A stretch of DNA of 63,736 bases, counting the filler, from Lama guanicoe (taxonomy: Eukaryota), in assembly GCA_013239625.1 (NCBI GenBank). It is 91 parts of 91 records of this genome, joined end to end, with 100 filler letters (N's around TTAATTAATTAA, not from the genome) between each part and the next. Parts side by side here need not be neighbours in the genome. Positions count along the whole stretch, not along the records: positions 1 to 792 come from PNXV01028743.1; positions 893 to 1,471 come from PNXV01028744.1; positions 1,572 to 2,154 come from PNXV01028746.1; positions 2,255 to 2,901 come from PNXV01028747.1; positions 3,002 to 3,618 come from PNXV01028750.1; positions 3,719 to 4,245 come from PNXV01028754.1; positions 4,346 to 4,716 come from PNXV01028755.1; positions 4,817 to 5,637 come from PNXV01028757.1; 83 more parts are not named here. One strand, given 5' to 3'. Both the position numbers and the translations under genes were made by a program. Of the stretch, positions 1 to 12,354 are shown piece after piece (the stretch's first letter is position 1; each line of letters opens with the position of its first letter). The notes under the pieces were generated by a model. That model did not search any database, was not told where the DNA came from, and saw nothing but the letters and a program-made list of their open reading frames with translations.

Positions 1-792
1 CTAAAATAAAATACACAAAAAGCAGCACATGTTAGAAATTTACTAAATGGCATACCAGGTGGAAAAAATAAAATAATCTCAAAATATATGTGCTTCAATC
101 CATACCTGTAAAAGCTTGGATACTAATTACCACAGGATCCAGCCATAAACCATTCAATTGCAAGATTAGAAATGAATGTGACAGAGTCCTCTTTAAAATG
201 ATGGAGCCCAAAGAAATAATAATTTTCAAAATGTATACTAAAATCCTTCTATTCCACATTGAACTGTATGACGACAAACACGGGGGATGCAATCTGACCC
301 ACCGTACAATCAACCCTGTGGTGAAGCAAGGTTACTAATACAACCATTTAAAAACCATGCACGTGCACAGCCAGCAAAGAAAGAAACCAAGTTCGAACTT
401 CTTGATACACATCCACTTATTATATTCTTTAGGAAGTAATCTATTTTTTAACTAAAAATAAAATTGGATGAAAAAGATGCCCCTTGGAGAAAACTAAGAA
501 CAGTAAGCAGATTTCTTCCTGTTTATATTTACTGACTGTTCCCTTCAATAATTTTATCCTATAGGAATTATCCAACCAAGAAAATCAAACATATTCCATG
601 GGGTGAATTCTTGGAGGGAGAAGAGCAATGCTGTGCAGCAAACCAAGCTCTGGCCCTTTCAGTTGCTCTGCCTTTGGAATTCTGTGTAAAACAGAGATCC
701 TTACAGAAAGTGGTGCTTTCATTCATTCATGCCATATTATCTGCAAAGTACGCCAGACATTCATACTCAACAGAGCAAAAGGGACTGTGAAA

Positions 793-892
793 NNNNNNNN
801 NNNNNNNNNNNNNNNNNNNNNNNNNNNNNNNNNNNNTTAATTAATTAANNNNNNNNNNNNNNNNNNNNNNNNNNNNNNNNNNNNNNNNNNNN
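793..892. other. Artificial contig spacer N44-TTAATTAATTAA-N44 (first of ~90 copies)
   Basis: Identical 12-mer flanked by ~44 N on each side recurs every 0.4-1.1 kb. It is palindromic with TAA in all six frames, and the flanking sequences are unrelated. Confidence 0.99.
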
Positions 893-2429
893 TCTCCAGT
901 CCCCACCACCAAGATTTCATCTGAGCTGAAGGTAAGAACAGATTTTGCAGAATGCACTCACTCTGAGTCTGACTCTGTGCTTCTCATGGGACTAGGGCCT
1001 TTGGTGGAGGCAGACACAGGGACATCACGAGGTGGCATGCTTGGCCAGCACTCATGGGCAGTGACAAGTAACAGTAGCTGGTTGGTGGACATGGCTGGTG
1101 ACTTAACATCCTACTGCACAAACGGATTCATCTCTTACAGAGCAGGCTAATACAGACATTAAAAATTAAAACCTTTCTAACATGTCTTCCTCACTTCCTC
1201 GCTCGGCCCCATCATAAATGGGTCCAAGTCAACACAGAGCATCTCTGAGTCTGTCCCGTGCAGGGCTGAGCCTGACAGCCGCCTCTCTGGGCTGACACAT
1301 ACTGATGGCGCACTTGAAATGGAGAGGTCTCGAAATGACAAGCTTGTTCTCTGAGTGAGTGAGGCCTTCCCAACAACACAGCCGATCAGGCTCTGAAAAG
1401 AGGAGTGTCCCCTTCTATGCATAGCAGCACTTCCAGGCGGACTGCATTTCCCAGGGCAAAAGGCTCCTCGGNNNNNNNNNNNNNNNNNNNNNNNNNNNNN
1501 NNNNNNNNNNNNNNNTTAATTAATTAANNNNNNNNNNNNNNNNNNNNNNNNNNNNNNNNNNNNNNNNNNNNTCTCTCCTCCTACTTTCAAAGTTAACTTA
1601 CTTTGTTTTTACATCTTTCCATCTCAGTTAATTGTATTGTGTTTCTTCTCCATACTGTGTCAGAACACATTGCTCAGAGCAGAAAGCCGGTGCATTGCTT
1701 TTGTGGCTGATGAGAGGCTGGGATTGAGCCAAGAAGTTCTCCTGGGCCATGGGCTGGACCAGTGTCGCACATTACTCATAAGAGAACTGGATCCTTCTGC
1801 CACCCTCTTCAGACTTTACTGATGTGGCTTAGAGTTGGTGGAACTTGACATTCATGGAAAAGTTTCCTTTATTCTTTAGGTTATTTCTCTTTAAAAAATG
1901 AAAGTACTTGTTAGTGTTATATTTCCTTTTCAAAGCTAGAATAATTAATTTTGCATGAAAAAAATGTTACCTTTTTATTCTGATTTGATTTTCTTGTTCT
2001 TGTCTTACAACAACTGACTTTCAGTGAGATTTTTACTTCCCACTGAGACCCTACAGCCTTCCCAGATTCCTGTTGTGGTTTGTTCAGCATTGATTGACCC
2101 ACCAAGGCTTTCAGAAAACTCTTAAATTGTGTGGTAGTTGATCCCAGTGGAAGANNNNNNNNNNNNNNNNNNNNNNNNNNNNNNNNNNNNNNNNNNNNTT
2201 AATTAATTAANNNNNNNNNNNNNNNNNNNNNNNNNNNNNNNNNNNNNNNNNNNNACAGTAACTGACTTACCCAGGGTGCAAGCTGAGGATCAGCATCTTG
2301 AGACAGAGATTGTTTGAGCTTGTCTTTGAAGGAGTAGGAGTTCACCGGCCGACTGGAGGGCAGAGCATGCCAGGGAGAAGGTGGACACACGTGAGGTTGC
2401 TGACAAGGGGGACGTGTGTCCGCCACTGG

Positions 2430-2901
2430 AAACTGCAAGCAGTTCCAAATGTTGGCATTGTAGGCTGCACAGGAAGATGGGCAGTGAGGCAGGGAAGGTG
2501 GAAGCAGGCCGATGAGGAAGCTGTATGTAGGGATTTGCTGTCAATTCCATAAAGCTGAAGAGCCACTGAAGATCTTTCAGCAGAGTTGCGTTTGACTTTT
2601 GGGAAGATACCGGGGACAGATGAGTATGGAGTAAGACAGAGGGAAGGAATCTGCTGGACACTGTTGCAGGAGCTGCTGCAACGCTCCAGGATTTTGAGGG
2701 GCTGGAAAGCTACTCTAGAGTGAGTCCTGTTGTGCCAGGCTCAGATGGGGGAATAAAGAATGTCCCAGGCAGAGGAGGCAACACGATGGAAGGGCTCCAC
2801 ACTCAGGGGAACACTGGGCAGAGCAGGCAGTCTAGTGTGCGCGAGGCACTGGCGATGTCAAGGAATTAATGGGAGCGGAGGCTGGAAATGTAGGTTGGAG
2901 G
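2430..2901 (+). mobile_element. Degenerate L2 LINE fragment
   Basis: L2-like phrases (gagccactgaagatcttt...tttgacttttgggaagat). Old and diverged; boundaries approximate. Confidence 0.45.
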
Positions 2902-3265
2902 NNNNNNNNNNNNNNNNNNNNNNNNNNNNNNNNNNNNNNNNNNNNTTAATTAATTAANNNNNNNNNNNNNNNNNNNNNNNNNNNNNNNNNNNNNNNNNNN
3001 NGAACGCTGGTAGCCAGCCCTACACACTCCAGGCATGAGCTGAGTGACTCATCCTACAGAGACACTGAATAAACCAACAGAACAGATATTTAGATACTGA
3101 TACTTTGGAGTCTGACTGCTAAATGTATGGTTGCCCAGCCTGTCCATCTGGTGTTTCTATTAGGAAAATCAGTAGTTGACAGTTTTCTTCCTCCACCCAA
3201 CATAGAGCATCTATCAGTATTTGAGTGTCCTGAACTTAAACATGAATGATAACATAAAATATAAG

Positions 3266-3267
<2 letters not shown>

Positions 3268-3295
<28 letters not shown>
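3268..3295. repeat. (TG)n microsatellite
   Basis: About 14 TG units, seen directly. Confidence 0.95.
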
Positions 3296-3298
<3 letters not shown>

Positions 3299-3478
3299 AG
3301 TGTGGTAGTGAAGGAGGGCAGATTTGAGAGTATCCAACAACATGAAAGAGACTAAAAAATAATTAGAGGAAAAAGGAACCCCAAGAGAAAATAGTGTGTG
3401 TATGTATGTATGTCTGTCTGTCTATGGAGACAGAGAAATATATCGGTGCATATAAACATATGATATTTAAATAAATAA

Positions 3479-3499
3479 CACACACACACACACACACAC
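3479..3499. repeat. (CA)n microsatellite
   Basis: About 10 AC units, seen directly. Confidence 0.9.
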
Positions 3500-3718
3500 G
3501 CTCTCCAAATGAGCCAGCCCAAGTTCTCCCCTTTTAGAACTTGCCTGCCTGCTTTTATGACCTATGGGTTTGCTCTGCCCCTTTAACAACCTCATGTAAC
3601 AGGATGTGTGACCCACGGNNNNNNNNNNNNNNNNNNNNNNNNNNNNNNNNNNNNNNNNNNNNTTAATTAATTAANNNNNNNNNNNNNNNNNNNNNNNNNN
3701 NNNNNNNNNNNNNNNNNN

Positions 3719-4032
3719 ATGAAAAATATTAACCTAGTTGAAAAATGGGCAGAAGAACCAAATAGATATTTTTCTGAAGAAGACAAACAAATGGCCAAGA
3801 GGCACATCTCACCATCGCTAATCACCAGGGGAATACAAATCAAAATCACACAAAGATGTCGCCTCACACCTGTTGGAATAGCAATCATCAAAAAGACAGA
3901 AGGTAGTGCCTGCTGGTGACCATGTGGAGCAAAGGGAACCCTTGTGCACTGCTTCTGGGAGTAACAGGAAGGCGCCATGGAAAACAGTATGGAGATTCCT
4001 CCAAAAATTAAAATAGAGCTACTATATGATCC
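3719..4032 (+). mobile_element. LINE-1 ORF2 C-terminal fragment
   Basis: Translation KWAEEPNRYFSEEDKQMAKRH..SLITRGIQIKITQRCRLTPVGIAIIKKT resembles L1 ORF2 KWAKDLNRHFSKEDIQMA...SLIIREMQIKTTMRYHLTP. Confidence 0.92.
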
Positions 4033-4394
4033 TCTCTTTTCTAATCTTTGGTTGTCTAGTTATTGATCGTCTTTGCAATTTTAAACAGTATATTTATAGC
4101 TATTTCTTGTTTCCATGAACTATAATAAGTATACGGAATCTCCCCTAATGGAAGAAGCCTCTACCTCTGAGGTAGAAACTAGCCCAAATCCATTCTCTTT
4201 TTCTTCCACGGTAAACGGTTTTTTGGGATGTCGCTTCCCAGTTAANNNNNNNNNNNNNNNNNNNNNNNNNNNNNNNNNNNNNNNNNNNNTTAATTAATTA
4301 ANNNNNNNNNNNNNNNNNNNNNNNNNNNNNNNNNNNNNNNNNNNNGTTTTGTCATGAAGAGAGGAAAATAGATGCTGTGGAGGAAACAAAAAGT

Positions 4395-4675
4395 GCTCAA
4401 TAAGAAAATCTGCCTTGCAGGATTGCCGTGACTATTGGAGATAATGGCTGCAAAGTGTCTGGTATAGTGCCTGGCACACGGTAGGTACCCAGTAAATGGC
4501 AATGAGTCATCATCATCACTTCTGGGATATTTAAGTCTAAGTGATCTTGAAGCATAGACGGTCAGAGTTAGACAGGACATGAAAGATAATCTAGTCCAAT
4601 TCTGTTTTATGTCTGTAAATTGCAAACCACAGAGGTGAAGGAACTTGCCTAAATTCATCCCATTCACAGCTCCCA
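4395..4675. mobile_element. MIR SINE fragments
   Basis: MIR-like segments gagataat...aaagtgtctggtatagtgcctggcacacggtagg and cagaggtgaaggaacttgcctaa. Confidence 0.55.
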
Positions 4676-6854
4676 CCTGGCCAGTCCTTTCTTCTCTTCT
4701 CCCTTCAGACTCATATNNNNNNNNNNNNNNNNNNNNNNNNNNNNNNNNNNNNNNNNNNNNTTAATTAATTAANNNNNNNNNNNNNNNNNNNNNNNNNNNN
4801 NNNNNNNNNNNNNNNNCATCCTAGGAGCTTTGTTACGTCCTTATATTTACGGGGTGGGGGGCAAGCCTAGGTGGGAAACCCTTATCAGTTGATGGGGAGC
4901 AACGTTTTGATGAACATCTTAACGTGTTTCATAGTCTTGCTTTTATTTGCTTCCTCTAGTGTTTTCGCAACCAAATACTGTGTTAACGTAGTTCCCTAAA
5001 ATTTTTTGACCAAGATACATTTGGGAAAATATATTCAGAGGGAGTACCCTTGGCTCTAATTTTCTCCGGTCCTTTCTGAACAGCACACAGATGAGCACTG
5101 CTGCATCTCTCCCCAGACTCATCAAAGGCGGCAGGGAAGGGGTATAAGGAAAAGATAAAATGAACTCCACTTCAGCAAAGGCAAAGGAAAGTCTACCTTA
5201 GAAGCTCACATGCATCCAGAAGGATTTCTCTGGAGTCTGTGGGGTCCAAAGTCCTGCCACACTCTCTGGCTCCACCACCATTCAGTCCATCCCTACTCCT
5301 CATCTTCTGAGAGTGACTGGGATCCCTCCACTTCTTCTACCACCCTTGACAGCCAAGGAGATGCCTAGACATTCCAAGCCCTTCTTAAAATTCGTCTAAA
5401 ATTTTACATTCTCTGTTCGCTTGCAGTTCTTTTCCAATATTTTTACATCGATGTCCCATTGAATGCCATTTTCCTTCTTTGCCTCTCACTCTACCCATTA
5501 TCATTAATAATAAAATCCGTTGCCATTATGTCAACAGTCAAATAGTCCCACTGCCACAATTATTATAACATGGGACTTGTCACTTTGTTTGGAAAAAAAT
5601 GACCTCTTGGTCTAAAATGTGGAGTTTTCTTTAAGAANNNNNNNNNNNNNNNNNNNNNNNNNNNNNNNNNNNNNNNNNNNNTTAATTAATTAANNNNNNN
5701 NNNNNNNNNNNNNNNNNNNNNNNNNNNNNNNNNNNNNGGCCAGCATGTGTCCCTCCCCCAGAAAGCCTTCCCACACCGCCCAGCCCACATTGGGTCTTCT
5801 CCCTGCCCCCACGGGCACAGCACCGAGCTCAAAGCCTGGTTTTTTCTCTCCTAACCCTGCCTGCCCCAGAGAGCTTTCAAGTCCTTGAGGTCTGAGGTTT
5901 CCTGGAGCCCACTGTGTAGGAAGGTCCGGTCCCCAACTGTGGCCGCACGGCTTCCAGCCCAACCCCAATCCCCAGAGTACCTTGGGGATGGGCAGAGAAG
6001 CCCCATGCTGAGCGGCCGCTCTCACTTCTGGGGGGCAGCAAAGAGAAAGTGGAGGGCATGCTGGTGTTGTGTGGACCCAGCCTCCTTTCTCTTCTTCAGG
6101 TGACCCCACCTATGTCCGCTTTGCCCCTTTCACTCTCACCCCAGCAGCTGGGGTGGCCCCAGGACATCCCACTGCACTGGCACCAGGACTGATCTGGAGG
6201 AGACTGTCTCCATGCCAGGCCCATGAGCAGCGATCCTGGGACCTNNNNNNNNNNNNNNNNNNNNNNNNNNNNNNNNNNNNNNNNNNNNTTAATTAATTAA
6301 NNNNNNNNNNNNNNNNNNNNNNNNNNNNNNNNNNNNNNNNNNNNATGAGGGATCACAGTGAAAGACAAGTCAGAGAAGAAACAGAATGAATCCCGCCCGG
6401 AGCAGACTGGGTTTGAGATGCTCGTAGTTGGAGGTGTCTAGCTGTGCACCGACCCAGGTGCCATTAAGGTCCAAGCTGAGATCATACTCACAGGGCACAA
6501 CAAGGGTTTAATCAGATTCTGTGTTTACTTAACTCCTTAGAAGAATACAAGGCCAGAGACACAGTGGGGCAGCATCTTTCACTGGGAGGCCCAGCAGCTA
6601 ATCACGTACAGTTTCTTTTGCGCCATCTTTCATGTAGAGTGTGTACCACTGCCACGGGCCTGTGGAGCCAAGGTGTCTGTGGGTTACCGCGACACAGGGA
6701 AACTGAGCCTTGAGTTCCAACTGATCTTTCATACCGTGCTAGTCACGCAAGCCCGAGGCACACAAGTCAGCTCGCAGCCCCCAACTTCGGGGCCATCCTC
6801 TGCCACGCAGGAGCAGACACAGCTTCCTGCATTGCCTTTCTTCCTTCATACTGG

Positions 6855-6942
6855 CTCCAGGTGTATGGCAAAGTGATTCAGTTATACGCATATGCATATG
6901 TATGTCTACTTCTCTTTTTTTCAATTCTTTTCCATGATAGGT
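6855..6942 (-). mobile_element. L1 3' UTR end fragment
   Basis: caggtgtatggcaaagtgattcagttatac...ttcttttccatgataggt resembles the reverse strand of cetartiodactyl L1 3' ends. Confidence 0.6.
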
Positions 6943-7042
6943 NNNNNNNNNNNNNNNNNNNNNNNNNNNNNNNNNNNNNNNNNNNNTTAATTAATTAANN
7001 NNNNNNNNNNNNNNNNNNNNNNNNNNNNNNNNNNNNNNNNNN

Positions 7043-7430
7043 GAGATAATCGGGAGGCAGCGTCATCAACCTCTGGTTCCGACTGGTCTGGAGTCTGCAT
7101 GCTTGTGGGAGCACACAGTTAACTTCTTTCACCAGGTGGGGGTTTCAGTATTTGCAAAACAGCTCAAAGGACACAGCTCAGAATATTTTCTATAGCCCTT
7201 GAGGAAAACGTAAAGGTCCTTGATGTTGTTTAATGGCTAAACTATTATTATTTTGTCTTGCTTGACAATTTTCCTTACTTTCTGCCATTTTTCATTTTTC
7301 TGTTTAATATATTCTTTCGAACTCAGGGAAGGCCTAAAGTTTTTCTACACACCAGAGACATGCAGAGGACATGGGTTGGGGGCAGGGGCTCTGTGTTGGG
7401 ACATGCTCCATAGTGTCCTGCTGGGTGACA
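7043..7430. mobile_element. ERV1-class LTR fragment (MER41-like, cetartiodactyl)
   Basis: tcagtatttgcaaaacagctcaaagga...tatagcccttgagga..aaggtccttga...ggctaaactattattattttgtcttgcttgac, recalled from artiodactyl LTRs. Confidence 0.6.
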
Positions 7431-9153
7431 ACACCTATATATTGATTGAGCGTCCTGTGTGCTAAGCAGTATCCAGGCATGGAGGATGCAGTAGTGAAGA
7501 GGATCTAAATGGCCTAGAGTNNNNNNNNNNNNNNNNNNNNNNNNNNNNNNNNNNNNNNNNNNNNTTAATTAATTAANNNNNNNNNNNNNNNNNNNNNNNN
7601 NNNNNNNNNNNNNNNNNNNNAAACAAATCACTCTAATTGATTACCATGCCACTTAAGACTGAAACAAGAAGTATGTCTTGATAACAATTGGTATGCCTTT
7701 ATTCCACAGTGATGACACAATGTATTCTCAAAGCACATAAGCCTATGCAATACAGGAAGATTTTGATTTAGCAAATCCTGTACATTAAGTTATCAAAACA
7801 TATGATGGTAATCAAAATTCACTGGTTGAATTGTCATGTCTTCTAGAAGACTTCTAAAGATATTTAGGATATGATTGGTCAATGTAAGTCTCCTCATTTG
7901 ATACTTTTTGCTTCTGGTCAGTTTCTTCTCATGGTGGTTGAGGACAGTAGCCCCTTAAGCTCCAGAGTTTCCATGAGCTGAGTTGGAGGAAGCACTTCCA
8001 GCTTGCTCCCTCCTACTTCTGCTCAAATTCTGGCAAATCACATATTCAGATCACAGCTTTAGGATGGAAACAAGGCACTGCTTTCTTTCTTGTGATTGAC
8101 TTCTTTCCAGAGATACACAACCTACAGGTGCTGATGTCTGAATGCTTACTGAAATGGAGACTGCCAGGCTGGAAATATGGCCATTCGTACTCTCTTTAAA
8201 CAAATTAGCATCTGCATTAGGAGGTATTAAATATAGGACACTAGGAATATACCTTACTGTCTGGATTTTGGAGGGATTGATGCTCAAAATGTATCTATTG
8301 CTTACTATTATTGAATATATAAACATTTTAGTTGTGTCAGATTATAATATACAAAAGATATTTTATATACCTCTCTCTCTCCATCTGGGANNNNNNNNNN
8401 NNNNNNNNNNNNNNNNNNNNNNNNNNNNNNNNNNTTAATTAATTAANNNNNNNNNNNNNNNNNNNNNNNNNNNNNNNNNNNNNNNNNNNNAAAGAAGGTT
8501 CATAGTCTCTGGAAAGGTGTAAAAACACTCAGGAATAAAGCTCTATACATTCATCACTTATGCATCCATTCCAAAACATAATCAAGCCCCTATTTGCTCC
8601 ACGAATTATGAGAGACACAGGAATAATTTAAGCATATATCCTGTCCTTAAGGAGCTACCAAAAAGTAGAGTATGTGCGCAGAAAATATAAACTAACAAAG
8701 TCCATGAAAACAGGCTCGGGAATATGGAAACAACGTCCCGGGGCTGAGGGAAGCTTGAAGGGTCTGCTTTTACTTTTATGGGTACAGCACCAGCTGTGAA
8801 TGGATTTCCAGGGCCACCAAATTGCTGATTAAACGTGGACCAGGAGATGAATCTTTTCCCAGCATCCCCAAAGCTCTCCTACACAGAACCAAAGTCTTTG
8901 TAGAGTGAAGACTAAGCCAGCTTCTGCATTACTGGGCACTGACTCACTGAGAATTGGGAATCCAAAAGCCAGATCCTACTTTTCTTCATCTCAGGAGGTG
9001 TGAAGGGCCATATATATACAACCCTCCAACGATCAGCGATGGAAGGTGACCAGNNNNNNNNNNNNNNNNNNNNNNNNNNNNNNNNNNNNNNNNNNNNTTA
9101 ATTAATTAANNNNNNNNNNNNNNNNNNNNNNNNNNNNNNNNNNNNNNNNNNNN

Positions 9154-9756
9154 AACATTGGGGTGCAGATGTCTTTTTGAAGTAGGGTTCCTTCCGGATA
9201 TTAGATCCCTTTTATTTCTTTTTCTTGTCTGATTGCTATGGCTAGGTTTTTCAGGACTAGGTTGAATAAAACTGGTGAGATTGGGCATCCTTGTCTTGTT
9301 CAGATTTTAGTTTTTCACTGTGGAGTATTATGCTGACTGTGGTTTTGTTATAAATAGCTTTTATTATGTTGAGATATGTTCCTTCTATGTTCACTTTTGT
9401 AAGAATTTTTATCATAAATGAGTGTTCAATTTTATCAAATACTTTTTCTGTATCTATTGTGATTATTATGGGGTTTTTGTCCTTTCTTTTGTGGTTGTTG
9501 TGTATCACATTGATTGATTTGCATATGCTGAACCATAATTGTGTCCCTGGGATGAATCCAATGTGATCATAGTGCATGATCTTTTTTATGTGTTGTTGGA
9601 TTCTGTTTGCTAATATTTTGTTAAGGATTTTTGCATCTATATTCATCAGTGGTATTGGGCTGTAGTTTTTTTTGGTAATGTCTTTGGTTTTGATATCAGG
9701 GTGGTGATGGCTTCACAGAATGAGTTTGGGAGTGTTCCCTCATCTTCAATCTTTTG
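9154..9756 (-). mobile_element. LINE-1 ORF2 reverse-transcriptase fragment (degenerate)
   Basis: ORF 9257-9646 [41 protein letters not shown]...[17 protein letters not shown] is the canonical L1 RT sequence. It is frameshifted or deleted towards the end. Confidence 0.98.
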
Positions 9757-10773
9757 NNNNNNNNNNNNNNNNNNNNNNNNNNNNNNNNNNNNNNNNNNNN
9801 TTAATTAATTAANNNNNNNNNNNNNNNNNNNNNNNNNNNNNNNNNNNNNNNNNNNNTGACTTTTTGCAGTAACTTTGTGTAGATATGGTACACTTTTTTA
9901 TTAGTCCTATTCATTTCTGATTTCCTAGTTTGGGAGCAGCTTTTTCTGTCACTTCTGTCCTCGTTGGGGCAGGTTATTTTAATGATGATTTTGCTGGTGG
10001 GCAGAGGAGGAGAAAGAATTTTACATTTCCTTTCCCTTTCATTTCTTAAGAATCCTTAATTTTTCTCTTATTTCCTTCTTTCTCTTCACCGTGTCATCAC
10101 CAAGGGATACCATCTTTTCTATATTTACCTGATTCTCCTCCAGAAGCACTACTTCTCCCAGGCTGACATTTCTGGTCCTGCACACTCGTAAGTCCCTTCC
10201 CTATAGCCTGGGCTGTGAACAACCAGATCTTTATCTGTGTTCATATTTTGGCATTTACTGTTGTATTTTTTCTTTTTGAAGGTGATTTAATTACCGTTCT
10301 CTCCTCTCCTCTGCTCTTTTATCACTGAGCCTTTTAAGCTTCTCTTCACCCACTCTTTGCATCTAAAAATTAGCAGCGGATGGACAGCAGTATCTCTATG
10401 GAATTTCTTTATTTTTCTACTCACAGTTAATTTAAAGGTGGTAGAATTTTCTTTCTCCTAGCAGTGCAGAAGCTGTGTTTTTTGTGTAGTTTCATTTGTT
10501 CTCTTTGTTACTTTTATGTGTTAGAGAGAAAGAGGACAAGAAGACTTATAATCAGGTGTTTCCCATTGTTCTACAAAGCTGGAAGTCCCACCTATTCATT
10601 ATGACAATTTTAAAAGGCTACTGCAGCATCGTATGCTTTTGAAGGATACAGCTTCACATCTCCTGGGTTCATANNNNNNNNNNNNNNNNNNNNNNNNNNN
10701 NNNNNNNNNNNNNNNNNTTAATTAATTAANNNNNNNNNNNNNNNNNNNNNNNNNNNNNNNNNNNNNNNNNNNN

Positions 10774-11090
10774 ATGTACGCATCCATCATTGTGAGCTTT
10801 CCCCTTAGAACTGCTTTTGCTCAATCTCATATATTTTGTTATGTTGTATTCCCATTTTCACTTTTCTCAAGGTATTTTCTGATTTCTCCATTGATTTCTT
10901 TGTTCATCCATTAGTTGTTTAGTAGCTTGTTGTTTGATCTCCACATATTTGTGGGCTTTCCTGTTTTCTTCTTGTAGCTGATTTCTAGTTTCATACTACT
11001 GTAGTCAGTGAAGATGCCTGATATAATTTGAATCTTCTTAAAATTACTGAGACTTGTTTTGTGACCTAACATATGATCTGTCCTAGAGTT
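10774..11090 (-). mobile_element. LINE-1 ORF2 N-terminal (post-endonuclease) fragment, copy A
   Basis: tttccccttagaactgcttttgct...ttgatttctttgttcatccattagttgtttagtagc..tgtttgatctccacatatttgtg is typical antisense L1. Confidence 0.88.
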
Positions 11091-12037
11091 CCATGTCCTC
11101 TTATCTTTCAGGTTCAGATTTTCTTATATTTCCATGTCTTGTTCACCTTACATCCCCACACTCCATCAAAGCCTTTCACTCATTTACTCTTCAACATGCA
11201 ACTCCACATCACCAAGTTCAAAACCNNNNNNNNNNNNNNNNNNNNNNNNNNNNNNNNNNNNNNNNNNNNTTAATTAATTAANNNNNNNNNNNNNNNNNNN
11301 NNNNNNNNNNNNNNNNNNNNNNNNNACAGTACAATGTTGTGTCGGGACTGAAGCCACTTTATCACTTGCTCAACGTCCGTGTTCTTTCTATCACTTTATG
11401 ATAAACACACGAAAATGCATTTATCCCCCCAAGAAGCACAGTGACCTCTTCGGAAACTAGAGAAAAAATTTTAAGTGTCGACAACAGCTGAAGCTCTTCT
11501 TAGAACTTAGCGTTAATTTTCAATTTCCTTAAAGTATGTGGTATTAGGGAAACAAAAAACGGTTTCGACCGTGTTACTAATAAGTAAAGCCCTTTAATTT
11601 ACTGTAACGTCTAGCAAACCTTGCAGAACCCTACAGATTACTATACAGAACCGTACGCCTCCCAGCCCCAAGTACCAGAAAGGAGGGTCATTCACCTCTA
11701 ACAGGCACAGGCGTTTTCTTAAACAATTAAAAGGTCTCTAGCTCAGAAAACTCAAGTGAATTTTCATATTTATTTTAGTGGGTTTTTACCCTGGTCCCAT
11801 TACACTGTTTACGTACACAAGCAACATACAAGTGTTATTTAAGACAAAGCAGCAGCATATCCAAGTCAAGGGAAGTGTCAGAGAAATAATAAAACGTTCA
11901 CCGCGGACGAGAAATACGTCCCTCTTGGCCCTTTACTNNNNNNNNNNNNNNNNNNNNNNNNNNNNNNNNNNNNNNNNNNNNTTAATTAATTAANNNNNNN
12001 NNNNNNNNNNNNNNNNNNNNNNNNNNNNNNNNNNNNN

Positions 12038-12354
12038 ATGTACGCATCCATCATTGTGAGCTTTCCCCTTAGAACTGCTTTTGCTCCATCTCATATATTT
12101 TGTTATGTTGTATTTCCATTTTCACTTTTCTCAAGGTATTTTCCGATTTCTCCATTGATTTCTTTGTTCATCCATTAGTTGTTTAGTAGCTTGTTGTTTG
12201 ATCTCCACATATTTGTGGGCTTTCCTGTTTTCTTCTTGTAGCTGATTTCTAGTTTCATACTACTGTAGTCAGTGAAGATGCCTGATATAATTTGAATCTT
12301 CTTAAAATTACTGAGACTTGTTTTGTGACCTAACATATGATCTGTCCTAGAGTT
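12038..12354 (-). mobile_element. LINE-1 ORF2 fragment, copy B (duplicate contig of 10774-11225)
   Basis: Same sequence and boundaries as copy A, with a few substitutions. Confidence 0.88.

Noticed and set aside
9257..9646. Reverse transcriptase ORF as a novel retroelement
   Set aside because: It is canonical, degraded mammalian LINE-1 ORF2.
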